From NCBI GenBank assembly GCA_035529375.1, contig DATKWU010000009.1, positions 223,124-287,123 on the forward strand: a DNA stretch of 64,000 nt, given 5' to 3'. The stretch is from Patescibacteria group bacterium. Its GTDB lineage: Bacteria; Patescibacteriota; Microgenomatia; PFEM01; JAHIFH01. Below, piece by piece: positions 1 to 9,602 of this stretch (its first letter is position 1; the number at the start of each line of letters is the position of its first letter). Below the pieces are notes generated by a model that saw nothing but the letters and a program-made list of their open reading frames with translations, was not told the DNA's origin and searched no databases. The translations under genes and the position numbers were made by a program.

Positions 1-17
1 TTGATGATCTTGATCGC

Positions 18-338
18 TCATTTTTCTTCTGACTCCTTTGTTTCTTTCTTCGGTCTTTCCCTCATCTTGGCCAACCAACCAAAAAGACCAGCAACTCCAG
101 AAACACCGGTAATCGAACTGGAAAGAGAGGCAATCGGCCGAGCCACTGATTCCGAAATCAAACCCATATCATCAAGCATTTTATTGAACTTTTCAATCGT
201 TCTTTTAATTTCTTTGAGAATAAAGAAAACTTGAACCCCTATAATGGTCAGGAGAGCTGTTAAAACAGTGACAACCGCAATTAGTAAAATTTGTGTCGTG
301 TCAATCATGGGCAGTATTTCATAATATCCTATATTCAA
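18..338 (-). CDS. Small membrane protein, hypothetical (single N-terminal TM, charged C-terminal tail)
   Basis: 106-aa ORF; hydrophobic segment LLIAVVTVLTALLTIIGVQVFFIL followed by a K/E-rich tail; no recognisable catalytic motif. Confidence 0.35.
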   Translation of the reverse strand: MNIGYYEILPMIDTTQILLIAVVTVLTALLTIIGVQVFFILKEIKRTIEKFNKMLDDMGLISESVARPIASLSSSITGVSGVAGLFGWLAKMRERPKKETKESEEK

Positions 339-366
339 GGCTAATTGTCAATTATAACTTTCTATA

Positions 367-1005
367 TCAATTCGTTTTGGAATAATAAATCGTTCTTGTT
401 TGTTTCGTTTTTCTGCCTATTCGATTAGTCGCTTCGATAACAATCTTATTTTCCCCACTCGTCAACCTTAAACGATAGCTAAATTTTCCTTCTTCATCAA
501 GTTGAGTCAAGCGACCATTAATGGTCACGGAATTATCTGGATCAGTTCCTCCTTCAATTAAAACTTCTTCATTAACAATTTTTTCATTATCGATTGGCGA
601 ATAAACTTCTAATCTTGGCTTTCCCAATAAACTGTGGTATTGATAACCCAAGTAAGTTAAGAAAATGATAATAAACAAAGCGACAAGGGAAATCAAAGTC
701 TTTCTTGGACTCCAACGAAATTGTTTGTTGAGACTTTCTCCAGAAGGCAAAACCAGTTTTTGCTCTTGTGTCCGCTGGTAATCTCGCCTAAAAACAGCCA
801 ACACTCGATCAGGTTCAAGACCCAAATACTGGGCGTAATTCCGAATAAAACCTCGGTTGGTAGTGATCGAAGGGAAGAATTGATATCTATCTTTTTCTAA
901 AGCAATTAAATATTGCTTCCGAATTTTAATTTCCTGGGCAATTTCATCAAGACTAAGCCCCTTTTTCTTTCTTTTTTCTCTAAGAATTTGGCCGGCCGTT
1001 TTCAT
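367..1005 (-). CDS. RodZ-like cytoskeleton/XRE-family HTH membrane protein
   Basis: N-terminal HTH (LSLDEIAQEIKIRKQYLIALE), a single TM (LISLVALFIIIFLTYLGY) and an extracytoplasmic C-terminal domain, as in RodZ. Start moved to the internal Met (MKTAGQ...) to avoid overlapping the ftsK stop; the ORF track gives 367..1038. Confidence 0.5.
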   Translation of the reverse strand: MKTAGQILREKRKKKGLSLDEIAQEIKIRKQYLIALEKDRYQFFPSITTNRGFIRNYAQYLGLEPDRVLAVFRRDYQRTQEQKLVLPSGESLNKQFRWSPRKTLISLVALFIIIFLTYLGYQYHSLLGKPRLEVYSPIDNEKIVNEEVLIEGGTDPDNSVTINGRLTQLDEEGKFSYRLRLTSGENKIVIEATNRIGRKTKQTRTIYYSKTN

Positions 1006-1009
1006 TTTT

Positions 1010-3082
1010 TTATTGTTGGGAGACAACTTGAGAGGCAAGATATTCTTCAGGATCTTTAATTAGAACTTCTCGGGGTTTTGAACCTTCAGCCGAACCAACA
1101 ATACCAACTCTTTCTAATTGATCAATAATTCTGGCTGCTCGGGCATAGCCAACTTTCAAACGCCGCTGGAGTAAAGAGGCCGAAGCCCGTTCATAGCGAC
1201 AGACTGTCCGAACCGCATCATCAAAGAGTTCATCTCTTTCTTGGATTTCACCACCTATCACCGTTCCTGCTTTAGTTGGCATTTTGGTTACTTCCTCAGT
1301 GTATTGAGGAGCAACACCGGCTTTTTTAAGAAAACCAATTAATTTCTGAATTTCTGGTTCAGAAACAAGGGTTCCTTGAATTCGTGTTGGTTTAGCTTGA
1401 TCTGGAGGAATATAGAGCATGTCACCTCGTCCTAAAAGTTTCTCTGCTCCCGGCATATCAATAATCACTCTCGAATCAACTTGAGAAGAAACATTAAAAG
1501 CAATTCTGCAGGGAATATTAGCTTTAATCAAACCCGTAATCACATCGACCGAAGGCCGCTGGGTAGAAATAATTAAATGGATACCGGTAGCTCGGGCCAT
1601 TTGGGCAATTCGACAGATAACGTCTTCGACTTCGGCCGGAGCAAACAACATAATATCAGCCAATTCATCAATAATAATTAGAATATAGGGAAGAGCTGAA
1701 AAACCTGAAAGTTCATTGTAGGCATCAATGTTCCGCACTCCTACTTCAGCAAATAATTTATAGCGACGTTCCATCTCGGAAATAGCCCACTTTAAAGCCG
1801 AAATCACTTTTTCTGGATCAACAATTACTGGGGTTAACAAATGAGGAATCCCATTATATTGGGTTAATTCCACTCGTTTAGGATCAACTAGGATGAATTT
1901 GACTTCAGCTGGAGAAGCTCTAAAAAGGATGGCAGCAATAAAAGAGTTAATACAAACTGACTTGCCTGAACCAGTGGCGCCAGCGATAAGAACATGAGGC
2001 ATTCGGTTAATATTATCTACCACTGAATCACCAGAAACATTCAGACCTAGAGGTATCGTCAGTCTGGATTTAGCTTTTTCCATTTGATCTGAAGTTAACA
2101 TTTTCTTGAGAGTCACAAATTCAGGACTTCGGTTAGGCACTTCAATCCCCACTAACGAGCGTCCAGGAATTGGAGCTTCAATTCTAATTTGACCAGTCGG
2201 CGCTGCCAAAGCTAAAGCTAAATCATTAGCTAATGTAGTAATCTTAGAAAGTTTCGTTCCTAAAGCAATTTCCAAAGCATATTGAGTCACGGCCGGCCCA
2301 AGATTAACCTCAGCCACTCGAGCGGCCACGCCAAAGGACTCTAAAGTCTTCTCAATGAGATCAGCGTTCTTTTTAATATCACCCCGGTCGGCTTTACCAC
2401 TAACAGAATCAGCTAAAAGAGATAAAGGCGGAAATTCCCAAACGCCTTCCTCGGCAGGCAAATTAGTCACCAAAGAGGACGTTAATTCTTCTTCCCTCTT
2501 TTGTGATTCTGATTTAACGGCTTCTTTTGACCCTCCACTTCTAATTTCTAAATCCCCTGTCGCTAATTGACGACGGCTAGAAACCTTTTTAAGACCAGCG
2601 CTCAATTGGCGAATTCTGGTAATAAATTTCATTAAAAAGAGAACGATTTCTTCTAAAGAAGTATTAAAAACCACGACAAAACCAATAAAAACAAAACCCA
2701 TTAAAACAAAGAAGGCACCAAAAGCACTAATTAAACCAGCTAGTTGATACCAAATTTGGGAACCAATCAAACCCGTTCGAGTTAAACTGATAAGAGCAAT
2801 CGCTAAAACAACGGAACCAACAAAAACGTTAGGACGAGTGATTCGCCAGCGCAAGCGGGCCATCATCAAGCCTGCTGTCATTAAAAGAAAAGGCAAAAGA
2901 ACTGCTCCCCAACCAAAATAATAAATAAAGACTTGAAATAATTTTGTCAGTAATGTCCCTTGGCGGGAAAAAGAAAAGACAATAATTGCAGCCAAAGAAA
3001 AGAGAAAAACACTGGAAATCGTATAAAGAGTGTCCTTTTTTAGGTTTAATTTAAATGGTTTTTTTCTTCTGCCTCTGGCCAT
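1010..3082 (-). CDS. ftsK: DNA translocase FtsK/SpoIIIE
   Basis: 690 aa; N-terminal polytopic membrane region; Walker A GATGSGKSVCIN; FtsK alpha/beta motor; C-terminal gamma winged-helix (LLQRRLKVGYARAARIIDQLE). Confidence 0.9.
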   Translation of the reverse strand: MARGRRKKPFKLNLKKDTLYTISSVFLFSLAAIIVFSFSRQGTLLTKLFQVFIYYFGWGAVLLPFLLMTAGLMMARLRWRITRPNVFVGSVVLAIALISLTRTGLIGSQIWYQLAGLISAFGAFFVLMGFVFIGFVVVFNTSLEEIVLFLMKFITRIRQLSAGLKKVSSRRQLATGDLEIRSGGSKEAVKSESQKREEELTSSLVTNLPAEEGVWEFPPLSLLADSVSGKADRGDIKKNADLIEKTLESFGVAARVAEVNLGPAVTQYALEIALGTKLSKITTLANDLALALAAPTGQIRIEAPIPGRSLVGIEVPNRSPEFVTLKKMLTSDQMEKAKSRLTIPLGLNVSGDSVVDNINRMPHVLIAGATGSGKSVCINSFIAAILFRASPAEVKFILVDPKRVELTQYNGIPHLLTPVIVDPEKVISALKWAISEMERRYKLFAEVGVRNIDAYNELSGFSALPYILIIIDELADIMLFAPAEVEDVICRIAQMARATGIHLIISTQRPSVDVITGLIKANIPCRIAFNVSSQVDSRVIIDMPGAEKLLGRGDMLYIPPDQAKPTRIQGTLVSEPEIQKLIGFLKKAGVAPQYTEEVTKMPTKAGTVIGGEIQERDELFDDAVRTVCRYERASASLLQRRLKVGYARAARIIDQLERVGIVGSAEGSKPREVLIKDPEEYLASQVVSQQ

Positions 3083-3089
3083 TTTGACT

Positions 3090-4493
3090 CTAGCGGTGCT
3101 TTCTTCTATTTGATCTGGATTTTACCAAGTGAGTTTTTCCTATTAAAGGAGAACCTATTTTCACTTGGCCTTTAGCCGTCATTTCAACGGTATCATTTCG
3201 GTTCGGAAGAATAATTTCTTCCTCGCGATAACCCATTCTCTCGGCTAAAAGGGCATATTGTCTCATCTGACGAAAAGCGCCCCCAATTGGAACTAAATAA
3301 TAAGGTCGGGCTAAACCAATCATTAAGGCTAAATCTCCCTGAGCAGCATGGCCACTGACGTGAAGGTCATCAAGAATATCTGAATAAGCGACATCAGCTC
3401 CTTGGCGGGAAAGGTTATCTACTAGCTTATTAATCGCCAATTGGGTACCAGGAATATAATCTGGTGAAGAAAAAACCACTTTATCATCAGGCTGAATTTC
3501 CAGTCCTTTATATTCACCTCTGGTAATCCTATCTAAGGCCGAACCTGTCTGGGCTTGACTGCCAGCCACAAACAAGCTAACTTTTTCTTTTGGCAAACTA
3601 TTTAATTTTTTCATCGGCACAATTGTCTCCTTAGGAATATTCAGGTAGCCCAAACGGGAAGCGATCTTAAAAATTTTTTCAATCGACCGGCCAACTAAAA
3701 TCACTTTTCTATTATATTTTACCGAAACATTCAAAGCTTGCTGCCAACGGGAAACATTAGAAGAGATGGTGGTAATTAAAACTCTTCCTCGACAATTACG
3801 CATTTCTCTCTCCAAAGAGTCCTCAACCATGGCTTCAGAAAGAGTGAAGCCGGCTTTTTCACTCCGCAGGCAGTCAGAAACCAAACAAACAACACCTTGA
3901 TTACCAATGGTCGCGATTTTACCTACGTCAGAAATCGAACCCATTACCGGTGTCCAGTCAAATTTGTAGTCACCCATATGAAGAATCGTCCCGATAGGCG
4001 TTTTAATAGCAACCCCAAAAGTATCGGGAATCGAGTGAGTTAAATAAATAAAATCCAGATTAAAACTGCCCAAATTAACTTTTTCGCGAGAATCAATCAG
4101 GTTGATTTCAACTGATTGACCATATTCATCAAGCTTTTCCTTGATTAAGGCCGTTGTTAGGCGTGAAGCGTAGATAGGAATTTTTCGATTAAGCTTTGGT
4201 AGAATAAAAGGCAAACCACCATAATGGTCTTCGTGACCATGAGTAATGATGATGCCTTTAATTTTCTCTCGATTTCTAACCAAATAATCAACATCAGCCA
4301 CCAACAAATCACCTCGAGTCGTTTCTTCTTCAGGAAAACCAACGCCACAATCAATGATGAGAATTTCGTTATTGTATTGATAGGCAAACAAATTCTGGGT
4401 AACGGTTCCCCAGCCACCAAGAGAAATCAGCCTTAATCCTGACTGATTATTCTGTTTTCTTTTATTGTTTTTATGTCGTCTAAAAATATTCAT
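3090..4493 (-). CDS. rnj: Ribonuclease J (metallo-beta-lactamase / beta-CASP RNase)
   Basis: HGHEDH motif (ITHGHEDHYGGLPF); beta-CASP and C-terminal domain architecture; 467 aa. Confidence 0.85.
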   Translation of the reverse strand: MNIFRRHKNNKRKQNNQSGLRLISLGGWGTVTQNLFAYQYNNEILIIDCGVGFPEEETTRGDLLVADVDYLVRNREKIKGIIITHGHEDHYGGLPFILPKLNRKIPIYASRLTTALIKEKLDEYGQSVEINLIDSREKVNLGSFNLDFIYLTHSIPDTFGVAIKTPIGTILHMGDYKFDWTPVMGSISDVGKIATIGNQGVVCLVSDCLRSEKAGFTLSEAMVEDSLEREMRNCRGRVLITTISSNVSRWQQALNVSVKYNRKVILVGRSIEKIFKIASRLGYLNIPKETIVPMKKLNSLPKEKVSLFVAGSQAQTGSALDRITRGEYKGLEIQPDDKVVFSSPDYIPGTQLAINKLVDNLSRQGADVAYSDILDDLHVSGHAAQGDLALMIGLARPYYLVPIGGAFRQMRQYALLAERMGYREEEIILPNRNDTVEMTAKGQVKIGSPLIGKTHLVKSRSNRRKHR

Positions 4494-4506
4494 TTCAAAA
4501 TTTAAT

Positions 4507-5130
4507 TTAAATTAATTTCATTTGTTTATCAGTTTCTTGTTCTTCAACAATTTTTTCTTCTGGGTGTCCTTCAAGAAAAACCTCTATTTTCTTGAAATCT
4601 TCTTTTACCTCCTCCATTATTTTACCACTTCTTAAAGCCGCGGCCGGATGATACATCGGAATAACAATATAGCGCTTACTTAAAAAATCGACGTATCTCG
4701 CCTGACCGTGAATTTGAGAAATTTTCTCATCAGGCAAAAATTTAGTCATTGAAAACCGACCTAAAGTCACAATAATTTTCGGCTGAATTACTTGAATTTG
4801 TTCATCTAAAAAAGACCGGCAAGCTTCAATCTCTTCTGGCAAAGGGTCACGGTTACCTAGTGGTCGATGTTTAATGACATTACCAATAAAAACTTCTTTT
4901 CTTTCCAGTTTAATTAATTGAAGTAGCTGATCCAATAGTTTCCCCGCGGCACCAACAAAAGGTAATCCTTGCTGATCTTCATGAAAACCAGGGCCTTCAC
5001 CAATAAACATCACCTCGGCATCAGGATTACCATCTCCAGGCACAGGATGAGTTGTTCCTTTATACAAACTACAACGGGTACATTCTGAAACCCGCCTTGC
5101 AATTTCTTCTAATTTCTCCGCTTTAGTCAT
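4507..5130 (-). CDS. Uracil-DNA glycosylase, family 4 (Fe-S type)
   Basis: N-terminal Cys cluster (CTRCSLYKG); motif A GEGPG...FVGAAGKLLD; motif B HPAAALR. Confidence 0.8.
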   Translation of the reverse strand: MTKAEKLEEIARRVSECTRCSLYKGTTHPVPGDGNPDAEVMFIGEGPGFHEDQQGLPFVGAAGKLLDQLLQLIKLERKEVFIGNVIKHRPLGNRDPLPEEIEACRSFLDEQIQVIQPKIIVTLGRFSMTKFLPDEKISQIHGQARYVDFLSKRYIVIPMYHPAAALRSGKIMEEVKEDFKKIEVFLEGHPEEKIVEEQETDKQMKLI

Positions 5131-5150
5131 TTAAACTGCATCTAAATAAA

Positions 5151-6227
5151 TTACCAAGTAGGTAAAAACTCTTTTACATTTTCACTGGTGATATGAAAAC
5201 TTCTACCTTTACCTTGGACAATCATTTTGGCTACTTTCCGACAGATACCGTTAATCGTTCTTTCTAAAGTTCGGATACCGGCATCATAACCTAAAGGCCT
5301 GACAATTTTTGGCCAAACGTCAGGATCAATTCTAATCGCCTCCTTGTCCAAACCAGTCTCTTGGATTGTTCTTGGTAAAACATAGTCCTTACTAATTTTG
5401 ATTTTTTCTTCATCTGTATAAGAGGGCATTTGGATTGGTTCCAAACGATCCATGACCGCCACCGAGATATTACTGGTATTATTGCAAGTAGCAATAAATA
5501 AAACTTCAGAAAGATCAAAAGAATAGTCAATAAAGTGATCACGAAAAGCCATATTTTGTTCGGGATCAAGCAATTCTACCAAAACACCCATAATGCTTGA
5601 CCGACCATCTTCGGTTACTCGATCAATCTCATCAAGAAGAAGAACTGAATTCTTTGTCCCGGTTCGCCGTAAAGCCTTAATAATCAAACCCGGTTCAGCA
5701 TCGGGTCGAATTCGGGATTGACCCCGCAGATCAAGGGGGTCACCTAAACCGCCAAAAGGAACCCGTGCAAACTTTCTCCCCATCGCTTCGGCAATCGAAT
5801 AAGCAATCGTTGTCTTCCCTGTTCCTACTAAACCAACAAAAAGGAGCATTGGTGCTCTCATAAACTTCAAAATACCTTCTTCCTTTCTTTCTTCTTTACC
5901 CTCTCTTTTTAATCTCATCACCGCTAAATACTCTAAAATTCTCTCTTTGGTTTCTTCTAAACCATAATGATTTTCATCTAAAATCTTTTTGGCCGCTTCC
6001 AAATCAAGCCTATCTTCACTTCTTTTCTCCCAAGGTAGGGCGGTTATCCAATCAATGTAATGCGAAACTCGCTCGTACTCGGTTGAATACTCACCATACT
6101 TAATCATTCGAGAGAGACGTTCAATTAAATGAAGACACTTTTCCTTTAATTCTGGGGGTAAACAAGCTGCTTCCGTCTTTTCTTCTAATTCAGCAATTTC
6201 TTTAAATAGGGCAGTTTTTTCAGGCAT
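5151..6227 (-). CDS. Lon-family AAA+ ATPase module without N-domain or S16 protease domain
   Basis: Matches the Lon coiled-coil/AAA+ region (YIDWITALPW, HYGLEETKERILEYLAV, Walker A GLVGTGKTT, sensor ATCNN...DRLE). The ORF ends about 20 aa after the AAA alpha-subdomain and no protease domain lies adjacent. Confidence 0.6.
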   Translation of the reverse strand: MPEKTALFKEIAELEEKTEAACLPPELKEKCLHLIERLSRMIKYGEYSTEYERVSHYIDWITALPWEKRSEDRLDLEAAKKILDENHYGLEETKERILEYLAVMRLKREGKEERKEEGILKFMRAPMLLFVGLVGTGKTTIAYSIAEAMGRKFARVPFGGLGDPLDLRGQSRIRPDAEPGLIIKALRRTGTKNSVLLLDEIDRVTEDGRSSIMGVLVELLDPEQNMAFRDHFIDYSFDLSEVLFIATCNNTSNISVAVMDRLEPIQMPSYTDEEKIKISKDYVLPRTIQETGLDKEAIRIDPDVWPKIVRPLGYDAGIRTLERTINGICRKVAKMIVQGKGRSFHITSENVKEFLPTW

Positions 6228-6271
6228 AGTAATAGCTTAACAAAAGCATAAGTTTAAAACAAGAAGTTTTA

Positions 6272-8449
6272 TTAATGACGTCGAGGCGGTCGACGATTCG
6301 GCCGTCGAGAAAAACCTGAAGAACTTCGCTGCCGAGGTGGTCGATAATCACTCGTTTGTTTGTCTGGCTGCTCCTTTAAAACCATGGTTAAATTAATTCT
6401 CCCCATATCATCAATCTCAGAGACCTTAACTTTAACCTTATCGCCAATCTTAACGACTTCATTAGGGTCCCTAACATATTGAGTTGACATTTTTGAAACA
6501 TGAACCAAACCATCTTTACCTGGTAAGATCTCGACAAAAGCCCCAAAAGGCTGGATTCGCTTGACTTCGCCTTCAAAAATCTCACCTGCTTCAACCTCTC
6601 GAGTCAAACCTTCAATTTTAGCCACAGCCATGTCCACCGCCGCTTTATCAGGTGCAGAAATATTAACTGAGCCATCGTCTTCGACATCAATTGCTGCCCC
6701 AGTTTCCTTAATCAATTCCCTAATAACACGTCCACCGGGACCAATCACTTCACCAATTTTATCTACAGGAATATGAAGAACTCTAATTTTAGGAGCGAAC
6801 TTGGAAATCTGAGCCCGAGAAGCAGGCAAAACAGTCATCATTTTTTTGAGAATAAAATTCCTTCCTTCTTTGGCTCGAGAAACAATCTCCTCGAATAATT
6901 TTAAATCAATACCTTGATTCTTAACATCCATCTGAACAGCCGTCATCCCTTTTTCTGTTCCCGCCAGTTTGAAATCTATATCACCATTAAAATCTTCTAA
7001 TCCTAAGATATCAGTCAAGATTACTTGTTTTCCCCCTTCTTCGATTAAACCCATGGCGATTCCGGCTACTGGTGCCTTAATAGGCGCTCCAGCGTCCATT
7101 AAAGATAAAGTTGAACCGCAAACAGCGGCCATTGAGGTGGAACCATTAGAAGACATTATTTCTGTTACCACCCGAATGGTATAAGGAAATTTATCTTCGG
7201 CAGGAATGACACTTAATAAAGCCTTTTCTGCCAAAGCCCCGTGACCAACTTCCCGACGCTTGGGCCAACCTACATAACCAATTTCTCCCATAGAAAAAGG
7301 CGGCATGTAATAATGATGAATGTAACGTTTGGTCTCCTCACCTTCCATGTTTTCAATTAATTGTTCTAAAGAAGGCGAACCCAAAGTGGTCACCGTCAGA
7401 GCTTGGGTTTGGCCACGTTTAAATATCGCCGATCCATGAGTCCGCGGCAATAAACCAACTTCGACCTCAATTGATCGAATCTCATCTGGTTTTCGACCAT
7501 CAATCCGTTTACCCTTATTGACAATTTGTTCTCTAATACTTTTCTTAATTAAATCATCGATAATTCGATTAATATCTTTTTTGTTCTCTTCACCAAATTC
7601 TTCCCCTAAAGCTTCTTTCACTTCACCGATTAATTCTCTTGCTTCATTTTTGGCCATACTCGTTAAAATCTGGTCAATTTGTTTAGTCGCAACTTCGGTT
7701 ACTTCCTTAACTAATTTTGCATTAACTTTTTTAGTTTCGACTGTTTGCTTCTTTTTACCAACTTTTTTAACTAATGATTCAATTAATTGAATCACCTCTT
7801 TTATTTCTTTTTGGGCAACATCAATTGCTTTGATAAGAATTTCTTCAGGCACTTCTTGGGCTGATCCTTCGATCATAATGGTCTTGTTCTCTTTTCCAGA
7901 AATAATCAAATCCATAATTGAATAACTTAAATCTTGGTAAGTAGGATTAATGACAAACGAACCTTCGCTATTTTTAGGAACATAACCAACTCTCATTGAA
8001 CCCACTGGTCCTTGCCAAGGAAGATCGGAAATAGCCAACGCGGCACTGGTCGCCCAAACTGCCGGCATATCAGGATCGTTCTCACCATCAACCGAAAGAA
8101 CGGTAATCACTACCTGAATATTATCCCGACAGTCCTTAGGAAATAATGGTCGAATAGAGCGATCAATTAAACGAGCTGTCAAAACAGCTTCGTCAGAAGG
8201 CCGACCTTCCCTCTTCACCCAACGGGAACCTTTAATCCGACCGCCAGCATAAAGACGTTCAACATACTCGACTTGAAGAGGCAAATAATCAAGACCTTCT
8301 TGAGGTTCTCCAGAGACAACGGTTGCGAGAACCATTGTATCACCGTAGCGAACTAAAACAGCGGCATTAGCCTGCTCGGCTAAAAGACCAACCTCTAAAG
8401 TTAATTTTTTGCCACCGATTTCTTTTGATTGAGAAACAGTTTTTATCAT
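6272..8449 (-). CDS. pnp: Polyribonucleotide nucleotidyltransferase (PNPase)
   Basis: 725 aa; two RNase PH domains, KH and S1 domains; basic R/P-rich C-terminal tail. Confidence 0.95.
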   Translation of the reverse strand: MIKTVSQSKEIGGKKLTLEVGLLAEQANAAVLVRYGDTMVLATVVSGEPQEGLDYLPLQVEYVERLYAGGRIKGSRWVKREGRPSDEAVLTARLIDRSIRPLFPKDCRDNIQVVITVLSVDGENDPDMPAVWATSAALAISDLPWQGPVGSMRVGYVPKNSEGSFVINPTYQDLSYSIMDLIISGKENKTIMIEGSAQEVPEEILIKAIDVAQKEIKEVIQLIESLVKKVGKKKQTVETKKVNAKLVKEVTEVATKQIDQILTSMAKNEARELIGEVKEALGEEFGEENKKDINRIIDDLIKKSIREQIVNKGKRIDGRKPDEIRSIEVEVGLLPRTHGSAIFKRGQTQALTVTTLGSPSLEQLIENMEGEETKRYIHHYYMPPFSMGEIGYVGWPKRREVGHGALAEKALLSVIPAEDKFPYTIRVVTEIMSSNGSTSMAAVCGSTLSLMDAGAPIKAPVAGIAMGLIEEGGKQVILTDILGLEDFNGDIDFKLAGTEKGMTAVQMDVKNQGIDLKLFEEIVSRAKEGRNFILKKMMTVLPASRAQISKFAPKIRVLHIPVDKIGEVIGPGGRVIRELIKETGAAIDVEDDGSVNISAPDKAAVDMAVAKIEGLTREVEAGEIFEGEVKRIQPFGAFVEILPGKDGLVHVSKMSTQYVRDPNEVVKIGDKVKVKVSEIDDMGRINLTMVLKEQPDKQTSDYRPPRQRSSSGFSRRPNRRPPRRH

Positions 8450-8455
8450 TAGAAA

Positions 8456-8725
8456 CTACTTAGACAACTTCAAATCGCTAATAACATCTTTATAGCGCTT
8501 TTCGTCCCTCTTTAATAAATAAGCTAATAATCTTCTCCTTTTAGAAACAAGCGAAAGCAAGCCTCGTCGGGAATGAACATCTTTTTTATGCTCTTTGAGG
8601 TGGCCGGTTAACTTTTTTACCTTCGCCGTCAACAAAGCCACTTGGACTTCAGGAGAACCCGTATCCTCTTTTGACTGAGCAAATTTCTTAATAATTCTCT
8701 TTTTTTCGTTGGTTGTTAAAGCCAT
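8456..8725 (-). CDS. rpsO: 30S ribosomal protein S15
   Basis: 89 aa; canonical S15 sequence (GSPEVQVALLTAKVKKLTGHLKEHKKDVHSRRGLL). Confidence 0.95.
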   Translation of the reverse strand: MALTTNEKKRIIKKFAQSKEDTGSPEVQVALLTAKVKKLTGHLKEHKKDVHSRRGLLSLVSKRRRLLAYLLKRDEKRYKDVISDLKLSK

Positions 8726-8734
8726 CGGCTCTCT

Positions 8735-8767
8735 ATTTTAACAAAGATAAAAGAGGTTAACAAGAGG
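8735..8767. repeat. 33-bp direct repeat, copy 1 (ATTTTAACAAAGATAAAAGAGGTTAACAAGAGG); carries TTGTTA-N17-TAAAAT on the minus strand upstream of rpsO
   Basis: Identical 33-mer recurs at 9551..9583; the two copies flank xth. Confidence 0.8.
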
Positions 8768-8776
8768 CATAAAACA

Positions 8777-9529
8777 CTAAATTTCTATACCAATCGGACA
8801 ATGGTCCGATCCTTTTACCTCTGGCATAATAAAAGCTTTTTTTAATTTAGATCTTAACTTTTTCGAAACAAAAGCATAATCTATTCGCCAACCCAAATTC
8901 CGTTCCCTGGCCTTAAAAGAATAAGGCCACCAAGTATAATTCCCTCCCTCTTGATGAAACATTCTAAAACTATCTTTAAAATTTAAACTAATTAGTTCAT
9001 CAACTTGTTTTCTTTCTTCTGGAGTAAACATAATATTATTTTGATTCTGACTAGGACGCGCCAAATCAATTTCTTTATAAGCAATATTAAAATCACCAAA
9101 CAAAAGTATCCTTTTATTTTTAATCTTTTTTAAATATTCAAAAAAGTGAGCATAGCTCTTTAATTTATAATTTAAGTTTTCTTTTTGTCTTCCGCCATGA
9201 GGTAGATAAAGATTAATCAAAATAAATTCCTGGTATTCAAGCTTTAAAAATCTTCCTTCTTCATCAAACCTTTTCAGATTAAGTTTTCGCTCAATCAGTA
9301 ACGGTTTTTTCTTAGAATAAACGACGATACCACTATATCCTTTTCTTTTAGCTGAATTAAAATAAGAATAATAGCCTTTGGGAATAACTAAAACATCAGG
9401 TAATTGCTCTTTTTGGGCTTTTATTTCTTGGAGACAAATGATATCCGCGTCCGTTGTTTCCAACCAATCTAAGAAGCCTTTTCGAAAAACAGCTCGCAAA
9501 CCGTTAACGTTCCAAGATACAATCTTCAT
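8777..9529 (-). CDS. xth: Exodeoxyribonuclease III (AP endonuclease, EEP fold)
   Basis: 250 aa; MKIVSWNVNGLRA start; DHCPI C-terminal motif typical of ExoIII/Ape1. Confidence 0.9.
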   Translation of the reverse strand: MKIVSWNVNGLRAVFRKGFLDWLETTDADIICLQEIKAQKEQLPDVLVIPKGYYSYFNSAKRKGYSGIVVYSKKKPLLIERKLNLKRFDEEGRFLKLEYQEFILINLYLPHGGRQKENLNYKLKSYAHFFEYLKKIKNKRILLFGDFNIAYKEIDLARPSQNQNNIMFTPEERKQVDELISLNFKDSFRMFHQEGGNYTWWPYSFKARERNLGWRIDYAFVSKKLRSKLKKAFIMPEVKGSDHCPIGIEI

Positions 9530-9550
9530 TCTTAGTCTTAAATTTTCGTC

Positions 9551-9583
9551 ATTTTAACAAAGATAAAAGAGGTTAACAAGAGG
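9551..9583. repeat. 33-bp direct repeat, copy 2 (identical to 8735..8767); promoter-like TTGTTA-N17-TAAAAT upstream of xth
   Basis: Perfect 33/33 identity with copy 1. Confidence 0.8.
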
Positions 9584-9602
9584 TTAAAGTCGTTGGAAAA
9601 AA

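Noticed and set aside
1-234. Plus-strand 77-aa ORF (TTG start) overlapping the minus-strand small membrane gene
   Set aside because: It is entirely antisense to a better-supported ORF, has low-complexity composition and no RBS; likely spurious.
4157-4436. Short ORFs 4157..4420 (-) and 4224..4436 (+) inside rnj; likewise 2355..2570, 5291..5569, 6388..7790, 10879..11574, 12014..12485, 14584..14820, 15461..15718, 18094..19461, 20490..20708, 21720..21902, 22310..22660, 23002..23205, 27174..27365, 27752..28075, 28390..28717, 29216..29437, 31465..32019, 34195..34768, 35948..36154, 36514..36980, 37230..37421, 41839..42426, 42680..42988, 44564..44863, 47465..47668, 48694..48930, 51518..52109, 52967..53185, 53574..53756, 55256..56151, 59701..59946, 60675..61019, 62681..62950
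   Set aside because: All are short frames nested in or antisense to well-supported genes, with no independent signals; treated as ORF-caller noise.
8777-9529. xth as cargo of a mobile element, given the flanking direct repeats
   Set aside because: There is no transposase or integrase, no inverted terminal repeats, and the repeats coincide with a promoter; promoter duplication is the more economical explanation.
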